Origin: Candidatus Bathyarchaeota archaeon
GTDB lineage: Archaea > Thermoproteota > Bathyarchaeia > Bathyarchaeales > Bathycorpusculaceae
Reading direction: 5' to 3'
NCBI GenBank assembly: GCA_963806535.1
Contig: CAWDYC010000007.1
Location: 1-64,000 of the forward strand
DNA: 64,000 bases
Shown here: positions 50,004 to 61,978 of the stretch, piece by piece
Layout of the letters: the number at the start of each line of letters is the position of its first letter
Numbering within the stretch: the first letter of the stretch is position 1
The notes under the pieces: model-generated
The model's database searches: none
Seen by the model: only the letters and a program-made list of their open reading frames with translations
Told to the model about the DNA's origin: nothing
Position numbers and translations under genes: made by a program

Positions 50004-51015
50004 GTGCTTGGGTTAACTCTTGGAACTAAACATCTTAAACGTATCAATTGCCATTCTCATGGTGGCTTCTAGCAATCTTATTAGATTTGGTTCTTGGTGA
50101 CCCATCACCCAACTACCCTGACAGATGGTTTTTCAAGCTTCACCCAACTGTTTTAATGGGTAACTTTACCAGCAAAATTGAACCCTACTTCAAAAATCCC
50201 AACCCAAAAACAGAAAAATTCTTAGGCGTTCTTTTGGGATTAACGGTAATTGCCACATTTGCGATTCCAGTTTACTTTGGTTTATGGGCAATCTTCACTT
50301 ATGTCAGCATTTTTGTTTATGCACTTCATTGGCATTATCTTGCTTAAAATGACGATTTGCATTAAACTTGAAACCGACTGGGCAAAAGCTGCTGCCAAAG
50401 CCATAAAGACAAACGACTTAGATGAAGCAAAAAAATACAGTCATTTCTCAAGAAGAGACTCAAGAACCCTAAACGGTTCTCAAATCAGCAGTGCAGTTAT
50501 CGAGTCTATGGCTGAGAACCTAATTGACTTCAAACTGTCTCCTATGATGTCCTTTGCATTGTTTGGAGTTACTGGCGCCATTGCTTTTCGAGCCATAAAC
50601 ACGCTTGATGGCATGGTGGGTTTCAAAGATAAAAAGCACATCAATACAGGATGGTTTAGCGCAAATCTGGACACAGTTGTAAATTACATTCCCACAAGAC
50701 TCACGGCGTTTGCTGATGATTGTTGCTGCAGCAATCCTTCGCATGGACGCTAAGAACGCTTGGAAAATCGCTTACAGAGATCACAAGAAAGACGCCGAGC
50801 AGAAATCATGGTTGGCCAATGGCGGCTATGGCTGGCGCATTGCGGGTGCAGCTTGGAGAAGCCTGGGCAATACGTTCTTGGGTGACAGTTTGGAGCCTTT
50901 AACAGGGGACAAGATTTTGGGTGCTTTGCGAATTAGAGATGTTACAATTGTTTTGTGGGCGATTTTGTGTGTCGGCGTAATTGTGGCTGTGCGTTTGTTC
51001 TTTTTGCCTATTTAG
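50004..51015 (+). CDS. cbiB: Adenosylcobinamide-phosphate synthase (CbiB); several frameshifts
   Basis: LDLVLGDP....HP.V.MG, SRRD, ESMAEN, RAINTLDGMVG, GWFSA.LD...NYIP.RL, S.N.GWPMAAMAGAL.V.L. Confidence 0.85.
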
Positions 51016-52581
51016 TTAACCTTTGAATAAACCACTTTTCCGTCGATAATTGTCATTTCTACTTTAATATTTTCAAAATTAGTCGCATAGAAGCATCCAA
51101 AGGATCATCTGATAGAACCGTTAAATCTGCCAGCATGCCATCTTGAATTGACCCTTTAAGTGTTCTTCACCAGAAGAGTAGGCTGCATCGATTGTGTACA
51201 TGTTTAAGGCTTCCTCAGGCGTTAAGCGTTGTTCAGGAAAGCTTGGTCTCAGCACAGCTTCATGCATTCCAAGAAATGGGTTTAGAGGTTCCATTGGGCA
51301 GTCTGAGCCTCCAGCAACTTTTATGCCTTCTTTGATGAGGCTTTTTAGCGGATGAAGCCACTTAGCTCTTTCCAAACCCAGACGCTTTGTAGCTGACCAA
51401 ACAGCAAATTCAGTTGAAATAACTTTGGGCTGAACAGTAACGACGACATTTAATACTTTTGAGTCGCTCAACCAATTGTTTGTTTAGAATTGCTGCTTGT
51501 TCAATTCGGAAACGAACGCTTTTTTGTTTGGACGTTTGCTCGATTACTCTTAGCACTGCATCAACAGCCTTGTCGCCCATAGCATGAATAATCTGGCTGA
51601 AAACCTGCGGATAGCACATCAGCAACTGAAGACTCCAATGTTTCCTCGGTTAAAAGCAATTTACCATTGTTATTTGAGTTCATCACTGTAGGGTTCGAAT
51701 AGCGCTGCGGTTTTAGAATCTAAATACCCGTCCACGAAAATCATTATGCCTCCAACATGTAGCATTAAATTGTCAATTGTTTGAAAACCTACAGTTTGTT
51801 TCATGAACGCTTCCGGAACAATAACGTTAACCCTGACAGGAAGCTTTCCTTGCGAATGTAAGTCTCTGAATTAAAGTCAACTCATTTTCCGAAAGAATTA
51901 TCCAGTGCACGCTTGTTAATCCTGCTTTCACAATTTCTTGGCAAGCTAACACCGTAGCCTCTGAAAGCTCATCAACCGTTGGTTCAGGAACCACTCGCCA
52001 AACCAGGTTTGTGGCGCTATCCCTTAAAATGCCTGTTAGTTCACCTGTCTGTGGGTTTTTGTCGATGTTTCCGCCTGAAGGTACCGTAGTTTGTTTTGTT
52101 ACACAAGCTAAACTCAAAGCTTTGTCGTTTACTACGCACATCATTTCTGTTTCATGATAAAGAATTACTGGATTATCTAATGCAGCCGCATTTAGATCCG
52201 AGAGGTTAAGCAGACGCTTTTCTTCAAACAGGTTTTGGTTCCATCCGCGACCAATTATCCATTTACCAGCTGGGATTTGCTTAACCTTCTCGTTTTATGC
52301 AGCTTTGCAGTTGTTTGATTGATTTTACGTTGGTTAAGTCAAGCCACAACAAGCATCTACCAAAGTCTGCCACATGTATGTGCGTGTCAATCAAGCCGGG
52401 AATGATTGTTTTGCCGTTTAGATTGACTAACTTTCGTGCTCTTGCCGATTAACTGGTTCACAGTCTCGTTTGTCCCAACTTTGACGATTTTGTTTTTTCT
52501 AATTGCTACTGCTTGAGCGATAGGCTGATTTGTGTTCATGGTTCTAACAATTGCGTTTAGAAGAACTAAATCCGCCGGCAA
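51016..52581 (-). CDS. Amidohydrolase 3 family (YtcJ-like) protein; many frameshifts
   Basis: ADLVL.N..V.TM, PGLIDTHIH, GRGW.Q, G.LTGILRD, GLTSVH, IHAMGD.A, RIEQA, QP, GSDCP, YT..AAY. Confidence 0.8.
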
Positions 52582-52584
52582 ATT

Positions 52585-55144
52585 CTATTTTCGCCTTTGT
52601 TTTCTGAGCAGATAGGCAATAGCGGCGATGGCTGCAAGCAATAATGCTACAACGATGATAATGATTAATGTCATGGGCTGAAATTTGAAATTATTTGTTG
52701 AATTTGGTGAATTTGAGGGATTCGACGGAGTTGGGGAGACTACTGCGTTTAAAGAATTAGAGAAACAGTAAAGATTCCAGTCGTTGCATCCTACATATAA
52801 GTCTTCCGTTGGCTATAGTTGGCGATGACCAGCTGCTGGAAGCTGTAGTAAAGTTTGCGATTTTTGTGCCATTATTTGTTGTATCAAGGACGAAAATGTG
52901 ACGTTGACTCGTAACCATATAGACTTTTCCATCAGCGTAAGAGGGGGAGACAGTTAACTCGTCGCCAGTAAAATAGCTCCAAATTGTTTGACCATTGTTT
53001 GCGTTAAGACATGCTAAGTTAAATTTGTCAATAATGAAAAGTTGACCATTTACATAAATTGGAGAGGATATGATAAATTCGCTTGCATCTGGGTCTTTAA
53101 AAGTCCATATGATTTTTCCCGTTGTCTCATTTACTCCATAATAAGTGCCCAAGTTAGACGATGTAAATACCAGCCCAGCTGCGACTGAGGGAGAACCGAG
53201 CATCTCTGTGCCTCCTTGATATATATATACATAGGGTAAGGACAGATTCCATATTACTTCTCCACTTTTCGCATCTAGTTTGTATAGAGCTCCCGCGTTT
53301 GGTTCTTGGGAAACAAAAAAGACAGCACCATCAGCAACTGCTGGAGAAGATTCTATTGGTCCATTTGTCTTGGTTTTCCATACGACATTGCCGTTTTCTG
53401 CGTTAAGCGCATACATGTAATTATCTAATGAGCCAACGTAAACTATTCCATCAGACACAGCGGGTGAAGATTTAAGCACTATCGTATTGTAAGTGAAAGG
53501 TAAATCACCATTGACAAAAGTGCTCCAAATAAGAGCGCCCGTGTAAGCGTCTAGACAATAAACGTATCCGTCATCACCGCCTGTGTAAACTTTACCATTA
53601 GCAACCGCTGGTGAAGATTCAATAGCATCTTGAGTTGTAAAGCTCCAAATAAGTGCACCACTCCATGCGCCAACAGCATAAATCTTTTTGTCCTGAGAAC
53701 CAAAATAGACTATTCCATTTGCAACGCTTGGCGAAGAGATAACGGATCCATTAGTTGTGAATTTCCAATCCAATGTCAGACTTGAAGGACCTTGTTGCGC
53801 TGTAGAAGAGTGCATTGGGTCGGCACGCCACATTGGCCAATTGCTTGCCGGAACTGAGCTCGTTCCTATGCACCATACTTGATTAAGTCTCGAATATTCG
53901 TTACCGGTAGTTGCATCGACAGATGTTGTTACGTCGCCTGGAATAATGTACAGGTTGCCGTATGCTATAGCGATTGACTCTCTAGGAGCTAATGCTTCCA
54001 TAGGAAGCGTCCAAATTGGCTTCCCACTGTACGCGTTTAGACATGCAAACTGGGAGACGCCAACTTGTCCACCGTACTCGGCATTTTCACCGATCGTTAC
54101 ATAAACTTTGCCGTCTGCAACGGCAGGCATTCCTGGCCAAAGGAGAGTATCGTCTGGACCGTTGGTTCTCCAAATCAGATTGCCTGTTTGTACGTCGAGG
54201 CAGTAAAGATACCCGTCTTTGTTCATTTCATAAACCATTCCGTAAGCGATTGCAGGCCCTGTTACGAAATATCCATCGTTGTCTGATAGTGGAGTATACG
54301 TCCACAGTATCTCGCCGTTTGTAGTGTTGAAACAGTAAAGTGTATTGTCGTCGGTTCCTCCTCTGATGAATCTGCCCTCAGAATATGCACCATTGAAAAT
54401 CATCGGTCCCTTTGTGGGTGTATCCCATACAACAGCGCCCGTCTTGGCATTAAGCGCTATTTGTTGATTTTCGAAAGAGCCAGCGAAAACCAAACCGTCG
54501 CCATATGTTGTTCCAATCCCTGTTTTTCCGCCACCAGGGATGTAGGTTTCCCAAGCTAAAGTTGGCGGTTTAGAGGGATCAGAAAAGTCCCAGGCTTGAA
54601 TATACGAATTCAATTTAACGTAGAACATTTTTTGCTCAGGACTGTAAACGTTGGCGGTGAAAATGCCAGTATCTGGTAAGAAATTGGAACTAGTCCATAA
54701 TAACTTCCCTGTTTGTGGATCAAGACAATTGCTTTCTACAATCATGTGAGAATTATCTATTTTGTAGGCTATTGGCCAAGTGCCATTAATGAAAATTGGT
54801 GTTTCCCACACTTTCTTTCCTGTTTGGTCTAGTGCCACAACCGATGTGTTAGTGCAAACGTAAATCATTCCGTTAAAGGCTACAAGATAAGGTTGTATTC
54901 CCGTTACATTCGATTTCCAAAGTATTGAGGATGTGGAAGGAGCTGGTCCTGCTGAAAATCGGGTAAAAGAGGAATCACCTTGAAACTGTGGCCACTCGTA
55001 CTGATTCAAATTAAAGTTAGAAGTTGTAGTTGTACTAACTTGTGCGTTAACATTCGAATGATAGGTTGATATTGCAGCAAAAATTGATGAGACAAGAAGT
55101 ATAGTCAAAATAGCTATAGCGCAGATTTTTTTGGGAATTTTCAT
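52585..55144 (-). CDS. Secreted PQQ/BamB-type beta-propeller repeat protein with C-terminal TM; frameshift near 52790
   Basis: Signal peptide, WPQFQGD and WPMWRAD..H starts of two propellers, SSPAVA.G.VY.GS.D repeats. The other frame gives a P/S/N linker, a TM and RKQRRK*. Confidence 0.85.
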
Positions 55145-55393
55145 TTACCCCCGAATATCACTGTAAATTGGAAGAGGTTAACCCTTGAACACCAATAAGG
55201 GTAGATAGTCTGTTTCACTATAAATCTTGCGGAAAAGCCATCGTTTATCAATTTCAATTAATGAAAAACAAAAATTTATGCAAAGTTAAGCTAAAAATGA
55301 AAACACTAATAGTACCGCACAATCTTTTTTAAGACGAAAAGAAACCTTAAAGTAAATAATGAATTAGCGAAGAGAATTTGAGGGAATTTTGCT

Positions 55394-56468
55394 TTGACAA
55401 ATAAAGGTCCTTTACTTATGACTTCTTGGAGGGCTACAGGTGCTTGCAATGCCCGATGTAAATATTGTAATGTTGATGCTTCCGGCAAGCGATCGTCCCA
55501 GAGAAATGACAACAAAAGAAGCCCTACATTTGGTTGATGAAGTACACAGTTTTGGTGTAAGATGGTTCGGCCTGAAAGGTGGAGAACCTTTGATGCGTGA
55601 AGACATTTTTGAAATTGTCACCTACGCAAAAAACTTAGGATTAAATGTTTGCCTACTAACCAATGGATGCTTTGTAGATGGAAAAATTTACGATAACTTG
55701 GTCAAGAATCAAGTTTGGACCTCAGTAAGCATTGATGGACCTGAAGAAATCAATGATCAGTTGAGAGGAAAAGGTTCATACAAAAAGGCGTTGGCAGCAA
55801 TCGAGAAGTTGTCGCAAGGTAAAATCCTAAACGGTTTAGCATGTGCAATTACATCCATTAACTACAAGCATTTAGACCATGTCGCCGAGTTGGCTGACAA
55901 ATATCATGCAAACTTTGTCTGGTACAACCATCTAGTTCCAAGCGGCAGAGCAAAAGAAACAATGGAACTAACCCCGACGCCAGAACAATATGAATGGACA
56001 CTTAACCACATATGGGATATAACCCAGAAGTACGATGGAAAGTTTGAAGTACATGTTCATTGCCCACATTTCGCTCGAGTGGTAAAGCAGAGAAACATAC
56101 CAAACTTTGACGAATGGTATCAACACAAGTTTCACGGCAAATGCACTTACTTTGCCTTCGGCGGATATCTAAGCGTCACAGAAAATGGCGATCTAATACC
56201 TTGCTTTTACACTGATCTTAGACCTTCTGAACCAATGATGCTTGGCAACATACGTGAAAAAAGCCTCACAGAAGCTTGGAAAGAAGTTCAAGAATCAAAG
56301 TATTATAGAAGTTTCCAGGACAAAAACGTTTTGAAAGGCAAATGCGGAGTCTGCGAATATCGTGAACTGTGCGGAGGTTGCAGAAACAGAGCTTATGCTT
56401 ACACTGGAGACATTTACGAATCTGACCCAGCATGCGCTTATGTGCCTGAGAGTCTACGCAAAAAATAG
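55394..56468 (+). CDS. Radical SAM/SPASM protein (PqqE/NirJ/Ahb-like); frameshift near 55500
   Basis: WRATGACNARCKYC lies in a frame upstream of the track ORF; GGEPLMR, SIDG, PC, GKCGVCEYRELCGGCRNRA..DPAC. Confidence 0.85.
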
Positions 56469-56557
56469 TGCTTTTCTTTCATTTATCCTCTATTTAATTT
56501 AGAAAAAGAAAATATCTTATAAGCAAATTAGATTCGAGAGTAATAGTAAGAGAAAAG

Positions 56558-58799
56558 ATGAACAAAATACTGTTATTTGCGTTGTCTTGTTAGCTGCGGT
56601 TTTAGCCTCAGGTGTTTCAGGAAGTTTTGTTAATGGAACTAACCAGCAGAGCGCTATATCGTGGCCTATGTTCCACAACGATCTATCACATTCTGGCTTC
56701 TCGAATTCTTCGGTCGCCAAGAACAAACAAAACACTATGGAAGTTTAATACCGGAGGCCAAGTTGGGTCACCTTCAGTAAGTGATGGTGTGGTATATGTT
56801 GGTTCATACGACCATAAGATTTACGCTTTTAATTCCTTCAACGGAGCGTTAATATGGAATGATTCAACGGGTGGCATAGTAATTTCTCGTCCTGCAATTG
56901 CAGGCGACATTGTTTACGTTGGTTCTGAAGACTACAAACTCTACGCCTTAAACGCGACTAATGGAAATCAGCTTTGGACTTACAAAACTGGTTATTATGT
57001 TGATTCCGATCCAGCAGTTGCTAACGGCGTTGTCTATTTTGGTTCTGAGGATAAGAAAGTTTACGCACTCAATGCCACATCGGGCGAATACCTTTGGAGT
57101 TATGTCACTGGTGACAAAATCATGCTTTCGTCTGTTGCGGTGAGTGATGGCTTAGTTTACATTGGCTCGTTAGATCACAATATCTATGCTATGAACGGTA
57201 CTGATGGCAAGCTTGTTTGGAGTTACAGAACAGGCGACCAAATAATTTCTACACCAGAAATTGTTGGCGACGTCATATACGTGGGTTCATTGGATCATAA
57301 CCTATACGCTTTAGACGCTTCCGATGGAAAGCTAAATTGGAACTTCACAGCAGATGACGCCATCTATTCCTCTCCAGACGTTTCAAATGGCTTAGTCTAT
57401 GTAGGCTCATTAGACGGCAAAGTTTACGCGTTAAACATTTTAGATGGCAAAGATGTTTGGAACTACAAAACAGGGGCTGCAATAGCGTCTTCTCCAACAG
57501 TTGTCAACAATGTAGTCTACATTGGATCGGATGACAACAATGTTTATGCGTTAAAAGCTTCAAACGGCGAATTTTTGTGGAGTTATAAGACAGGCGATCA
57601 AGTGATTTCTCGACCTGCTGTTGCTAGGGACATGATTTTTGTTGGTTCATGGGATGGCACATTTTACGCGTTAAACGCTAAGAGTAGGTAATCTCGTTTG
57701 GAGTTATGTAACTGGTGGCGAAATTGATTCGTCTCCAACAGTAGCAGACGGCTTGGTTTATGTGGGCTGTCATGACGGCAAAATATATGCTTTGAACGCT
57801 TCCACCGGAATGGTGGGTTACAACTCGGAGATGCATAACAGCGTTGTATGGAGCTATGCAACTGGAAATATGGTTATGCTTTCTTCACCTGCAGTTGCGA
57901 ATGGAGCAGTTTATGTTGGCTCTTACGACGGCAATGTTTATGCTCTTAATTCGTTGACAGGAACATACTTGTGGAGCTTTAAAACAGACGGTCCAGCGAT
58001 TTCGTCTCCAGCAATCTATAAGGGGGTGGTATACATAGGCTCTGAGGACCACAACGTTTACGCTCTAAACGAGACAAACGGCAACCTTGTTTGGAAATTC
58101 ACTACCGGCGACATGATAATGGTCTCTTCGCCCGCTATTTCAGACGGAAAAGTTTTCATCGGTTCAAACGACCATAAGATCTATGCGTTGGATGCATCTA
58201 ATGGAACTTCTATCTGGAATTATACTACAAACGGTTTTGTTGTTTCTTCTCCGAGTGTTGCAGCTGGACTAGTCTATGTTGGTTCATATGATCATGAGAT
58301 TTATGCTTTAAATGCCACAACTGGGCATGCTGTATGGAATTTCACAACAGGCGGTGTTGTCGCCTCATCTCCAGCCATCGCAAACGGTATTGTCTACGTA
58401 GGTTCAGGAGATAACAGAGTTTATGCTTTGCATGCAGCCAACGGAAAAATGGTGTGGAGTTATTCAACTGGAGGAGAAGTGTCTTCCTCGCCTGCCGTAT
58501 CAAACGGGATAGTTGTTGTAGGCTCGTATGATGGCAAAGTTTACGCTTTTGATAGCATAAATGGAGCTTGCATTTGGAGTTATGCAACTGGAGAAATGGT
58601 TGTTTCTTCGCCGGCAATAGCTAATGGTTTGGTTTACATTGGGTCATACAACCATATGCTCTACGCGTTTGGTTCTTCTGAGCACAAACAAACTTATTCC
58701 GCAACTTTTCCGATCGTTATCATACTGATTTTGGCGGCAATAGCACTCATCGCAATTCTGCTGGCTACAGTGCTCTATAAAAAGCGACAGAATTCATAA
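56558..58799 (+). CDS. Secreted PQQ/BamB-type beta-propeller repeat protein with C-terminal TM; frameshifts near 56710 and 57685
   Basis: Signal peptide, WPMFHND.SHSG, and many 40-aa repeats W.Y.TG..V.SSPAV.NG.VY.GS.D..VYALNA..G continuing across the track ORFs; TM followed by KKRQ. Confidence 0.82.
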
Positions 58800-59030
58800 T
58801 TTTTTAGCCGAAATATACTGGAAAAGCAGCATAAACAACCAAACAAAATTGAACCTTGTTTCTAATTTCTTGGGTTTGCTGAGATTCTGGACAAACTTAA
58901 GGAAGAAAAACGCAAAATGAAAACTCTAACCTTTCGCGTAATCTTAACCAAAGCCTACTCAGCCCCCATTCTTATCCATTTCTCTTTAAATCTAAAAAAA
59001 AGGGAAAGAGATGTTTTTTGTTTGGCATTT

Positions 59031-61757
59031 TTATGGTCGCTTCCTAAACATCTGCAGTGCAACTAATGCGAGTACTATAATGATTAGAACAAATAGTCCA
59101 GCGATTGCAGGAACAAAATATGTATCAGCGACAGATGTAGCAGCAGTTACAGTAGGAGCAGTTGTTGCATGTGCCGAATTTGCGACAAAAGTGGTTTCTG
59201 CGTATGATGGCCAGTAACCTTTGGTGCCTGCGAAGTTAGCGTAGACGGTGAAGTTGCCTGAGATGTCAGGTGTCCATGTTAAACTATACAAGCCGGTTGC
59301 GTCAGTTGTTGTAGTACCAATGGTTCTGAAATTGTCGTTAGAGTCCAAGACACTGATTGCCACTGGAACGCCTGTAAAGTTGGTTGGAAGCGGTTTTTGC
59401 TGGTAGACATAGCCCATCCAATCTTTCATGCTAGCATCAGATGCGACTGGAACACCATTTGGAAAGTCAGCCGCCTGCTGGTCTTGTGTTGTACCAGCTG
59501 AAATGTCGGTGACTGTGCCTCGTATCACTACTGGCGATCCAGATTCTACAGCAGTGTTTGGTGCTGAAACTGTGGTAGCGCTGGGTCCTCTGCCTACACT
59601 GTAAATTTGGTTGTCATAACCGTTAAACCACGTCGCGTAGCCATCTGCAATAGCATAACTCATCTGCCCGAATTCCATGGTGACGCCTGAAATAGTCCAG
59701 ATTTCTTTTCCGTCAGTTGCATTAACAGCACGTGCTAATCCGCCTTTATAAATCGGTGTCGTCCAAGTGTGCTCAGTGGTAATCAGGTATACAACTCCGT
59801 TGCCAATAGCGTTTATGAAAGTTGGAATGTTACCATAAGGCCAGTTATAGCCAGAGTTAGTGCTGTTTCCGTCGCCGCCATTACCATAAGTCCACAATAA
59901 TTGACCAGTTTTATCGTCATAGCAATAGAGTATTCCAGCGTATGCACTGCTGTAGATTTTGCCATAAGCAACCTGACCGGATAAAATGCCTGCGCTTGAA
60001 CTACCATAGTAGTCAAAGGCCGCTTGAGATGCACTTGTCCAAAGGTACTTACCTGTATTTAGATCGAATCCGACCCAGTTTGCAGCTTCTTTGTATGATT
60101 GAAGGAAAACGCGAGTGTTCCAATCAACTCCCTCTTGTACGACAGTATAGTTGTTTGCTGGAGGTTGCACTGTATTCCACCATGATACTGAACCGACTGT
60201 ACCCAAAGATGCATTGAGGTTGACAAAGAAGTACGTATACGGAGCTGAACTTGCGGCACCATAAAGCAAGTTTTCACCGTTTGAAGGCAGTGAACCATTG
60301 TAGCAAAGTATTCCATCGCCATATTTTGCTGCCACAACAGTAGTTGGTGAGGTCATAGTATTGAACCATGGTATTGAAACGTTCCAGTCATAACGACAGT
60401 TAGGATCAAGCGGGTTACAAATGCTTCCATCAATTGTCCCAGTAAATGTGGGAGCACCTGCATTTTCGGGTAGAAACAGTCTGGAGGAATTCCACTCACC
60501 CAAACGCCAATCAGGATTCGATGCATTGCCTGCGTTTGCCATGACAAAGTTCAAGTATTCACCGTCTGGACCCATTACTCTCGAAGAGCCGAAGGCGGGA
60601 ACATTAGTTATGTTGAATAGCATGTTTCCTGTGTCTCCATCGTATCCCATCCAGGTTAATGGTCCAGCGAATCCTCCGCCTGAAGGTGCAACTAGAATTG
60701 GTGGGCTAACGCCGTGCTCGTTTTGTGTTTGAACGTCCATGACTAAGCCGAATGATAACGCAGGTACATCAGTGCGAGACCAAACAAGTTGTCCTGTTTG
60801 CAGGTTAACGCAGTCAGTTGGTCCATAGCCGCTGCCAGCGCTTCCAAAGTTGTAACCACTAGCTGTGAATCCTAATGGTTCAGTGTAGTAGAGCATTCCA
60901 TCGAGTATTATGGGATTGTTGTATCTGATGAGGTATGCGGATCCGTCGAAATATGTCTGTGCTTGAAGGGCAAAATTGCCTCCTCCGACAACTCCTCCAG
61001 ATTGAAGCGGCTTAGTCCACATAACATGGCTAGTTTGAGGCCCTATTGCGTCTCCTGGAAACACCTGCTGACCACCAGAACCGCCTCCGGCAGCATCGCC
61101 ACCGGTATTGGTCCAACCACCATAGTTAGGTGCGCCATTACCGAGCCAGTTTGACGAAATCGACCACCAGTCAGTGTTTTCACCGTAAATTGGGCGAGTC
61201 CAATAAGCAGTTGGGAGAGGATAGCTAGTTACTCCTAAAGGTATAGCTGTTTGTTGCACTGTAATTGTTGTTGTTGCACTACTTGGTAGAAAAGAGTCGT
61301 TTGTGTATGGGTTGGGTCCTATAGGTTGACCAAGTCCGCCTGATATTGGCAATGTCGATGTGTAGGTTTCTCCTGGGTAAGTGAAGGTTATATTGTACGT
61401 GCCGGTTTGGTCAGGAATAAATGTGGTAAATTGATTTGATGTTGTGTCAGTAATTGTAGCAAAAGTCTGTTTTGTTATTGCACCATTAGGTGCTGTGATG
61501 GCAAGTTGGAAGTTGTGGAATCTAAGATCGTTTGTATAACCTGCGCCGTAATAATAGTTTGTGAGCCACATGAAAACGTTCACTTTCTGACCCACGCCTA
61601 CTGGGTTCGGTGTAGCATATACGTAGGCGTATGTGGGAATTTGCCAAGCCGGTGTATGTGCATTAGCAGTTGGTGATAGTATCATTGAAGCTGACATTGA
61701 AAGCATTAAGAATATAGCAATCATAATAGTCGCAATTTTATTTATTTTTCTTTTCAT
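59031..61757 (-). CDS. Large secreted surface protein (Ig-like N-terminus, PQQ-like propeller, C-terminal TM anchor)
   Basis: Signal peptide, PNPVGVGQ, PLPT.YWTRPI, W-capped propeller blades, VPVASDASM..WM.YVYQQKP.P, TM followed by RKRP. Confidence 0.85.
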   Translation of the reverse strand: MKRKINKIATIMIAIFLMLSMSASMILSPTANAHTPAWQIPTYAYVYATPNPVGVGQKVNVFMWLTNYYYGAGYTNDLRFHNFQLAITAPNGAITKQTFATITDTTSNQFTTFIPDQTGTYNITFTYPGETYTSTLPISGGLGQPIGPNPYTNDSFLPSSATTTITVQQTAIPLGVTSYPLPTAYWTRPIYGENTDWWSISSNWLGNGAPNYGGWTNTGGDAAGGGSGGQQVFPGDAIGPQTSHVMWTKPLQSGGVVGGGNFALQAQTYFDGSAYLIRYNNPIILDGMLYYTEPLGFTASGYNFGSAGSGYGPTDCVNLQTGQLVWSRTDVPALSFGLVMDVQTQNEHGVSPPILVAPSGGGFAGPLTWMGYDGDTGNMLFNITNVPAFGSSRVMGPDGEYLNFVMANAGNASNPDWRLGEWNSSRLFLPENAGAPTFTGTIDGSICNPLDPNCRYDWNVSIPWFNTMTSPTTVVAAKYGDGILCYNGSLPSNGENLLYGAASSAPYTYFFVNLNASLGTVGSVSWWNTVQPPANNYTVVQEGVDWNTRVFLQSYKEAANWVGFDLNTGKYLWTSASQAAFDYYGSSSAGILSGQVAYGKIYSSAYAGILYCYDDKTGQLLWTYGNGGDGNSTNSGYNWPYGNIPTFINAIGNGVVYLITTEHTWTTPIYKGGLARAVNATDGKEIWTISGVTMEFGQMSYAIADGYATWFNGYDNQIYSVGRGPSATTVSAPNTAVESGSPVVIRGTVTDISAGTTQDQQAADFPNGVPVASDASMKDWMGYVYQQKPLPTNFTGVPVAISVLDSNDNFRTIGTTTTDATGLYSLTWTPDISGNFTVYANFAGTKGYWPSYAETTFVANSAHATTAPTVTAATSVADTYFVPAIAGLFVLIIIVLALVALQMFRKRP

Positions 61758-61978
61758 TTTTTATTCTCCTTTATTCTGTGTGCACCAATTTCAAGCGTTA
61801 GCTATTTAAAATCTTTCATTAATTGGCTTCATATATCCGTAAACTAAATACCTAAGTCCAAAAAACATTTAGAAAAAAGTCAGTATTTGGAAACTCTTAA
61901 AAGCAAGAAGCTCTAAAAATATCAAAAAAGTTCATTCTCGCATGCAACATCCAAAAAACTATTTAACGAGAAAGGTTA

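Noticed and set aside
56700-58680. 120-bp periodic DNA repeats as a repeat array or DGR target
   Set aside because: They are diverged coding repeats of propeller blades; no reverse transcriptase or adenine-specific TR/VR pair was seen.
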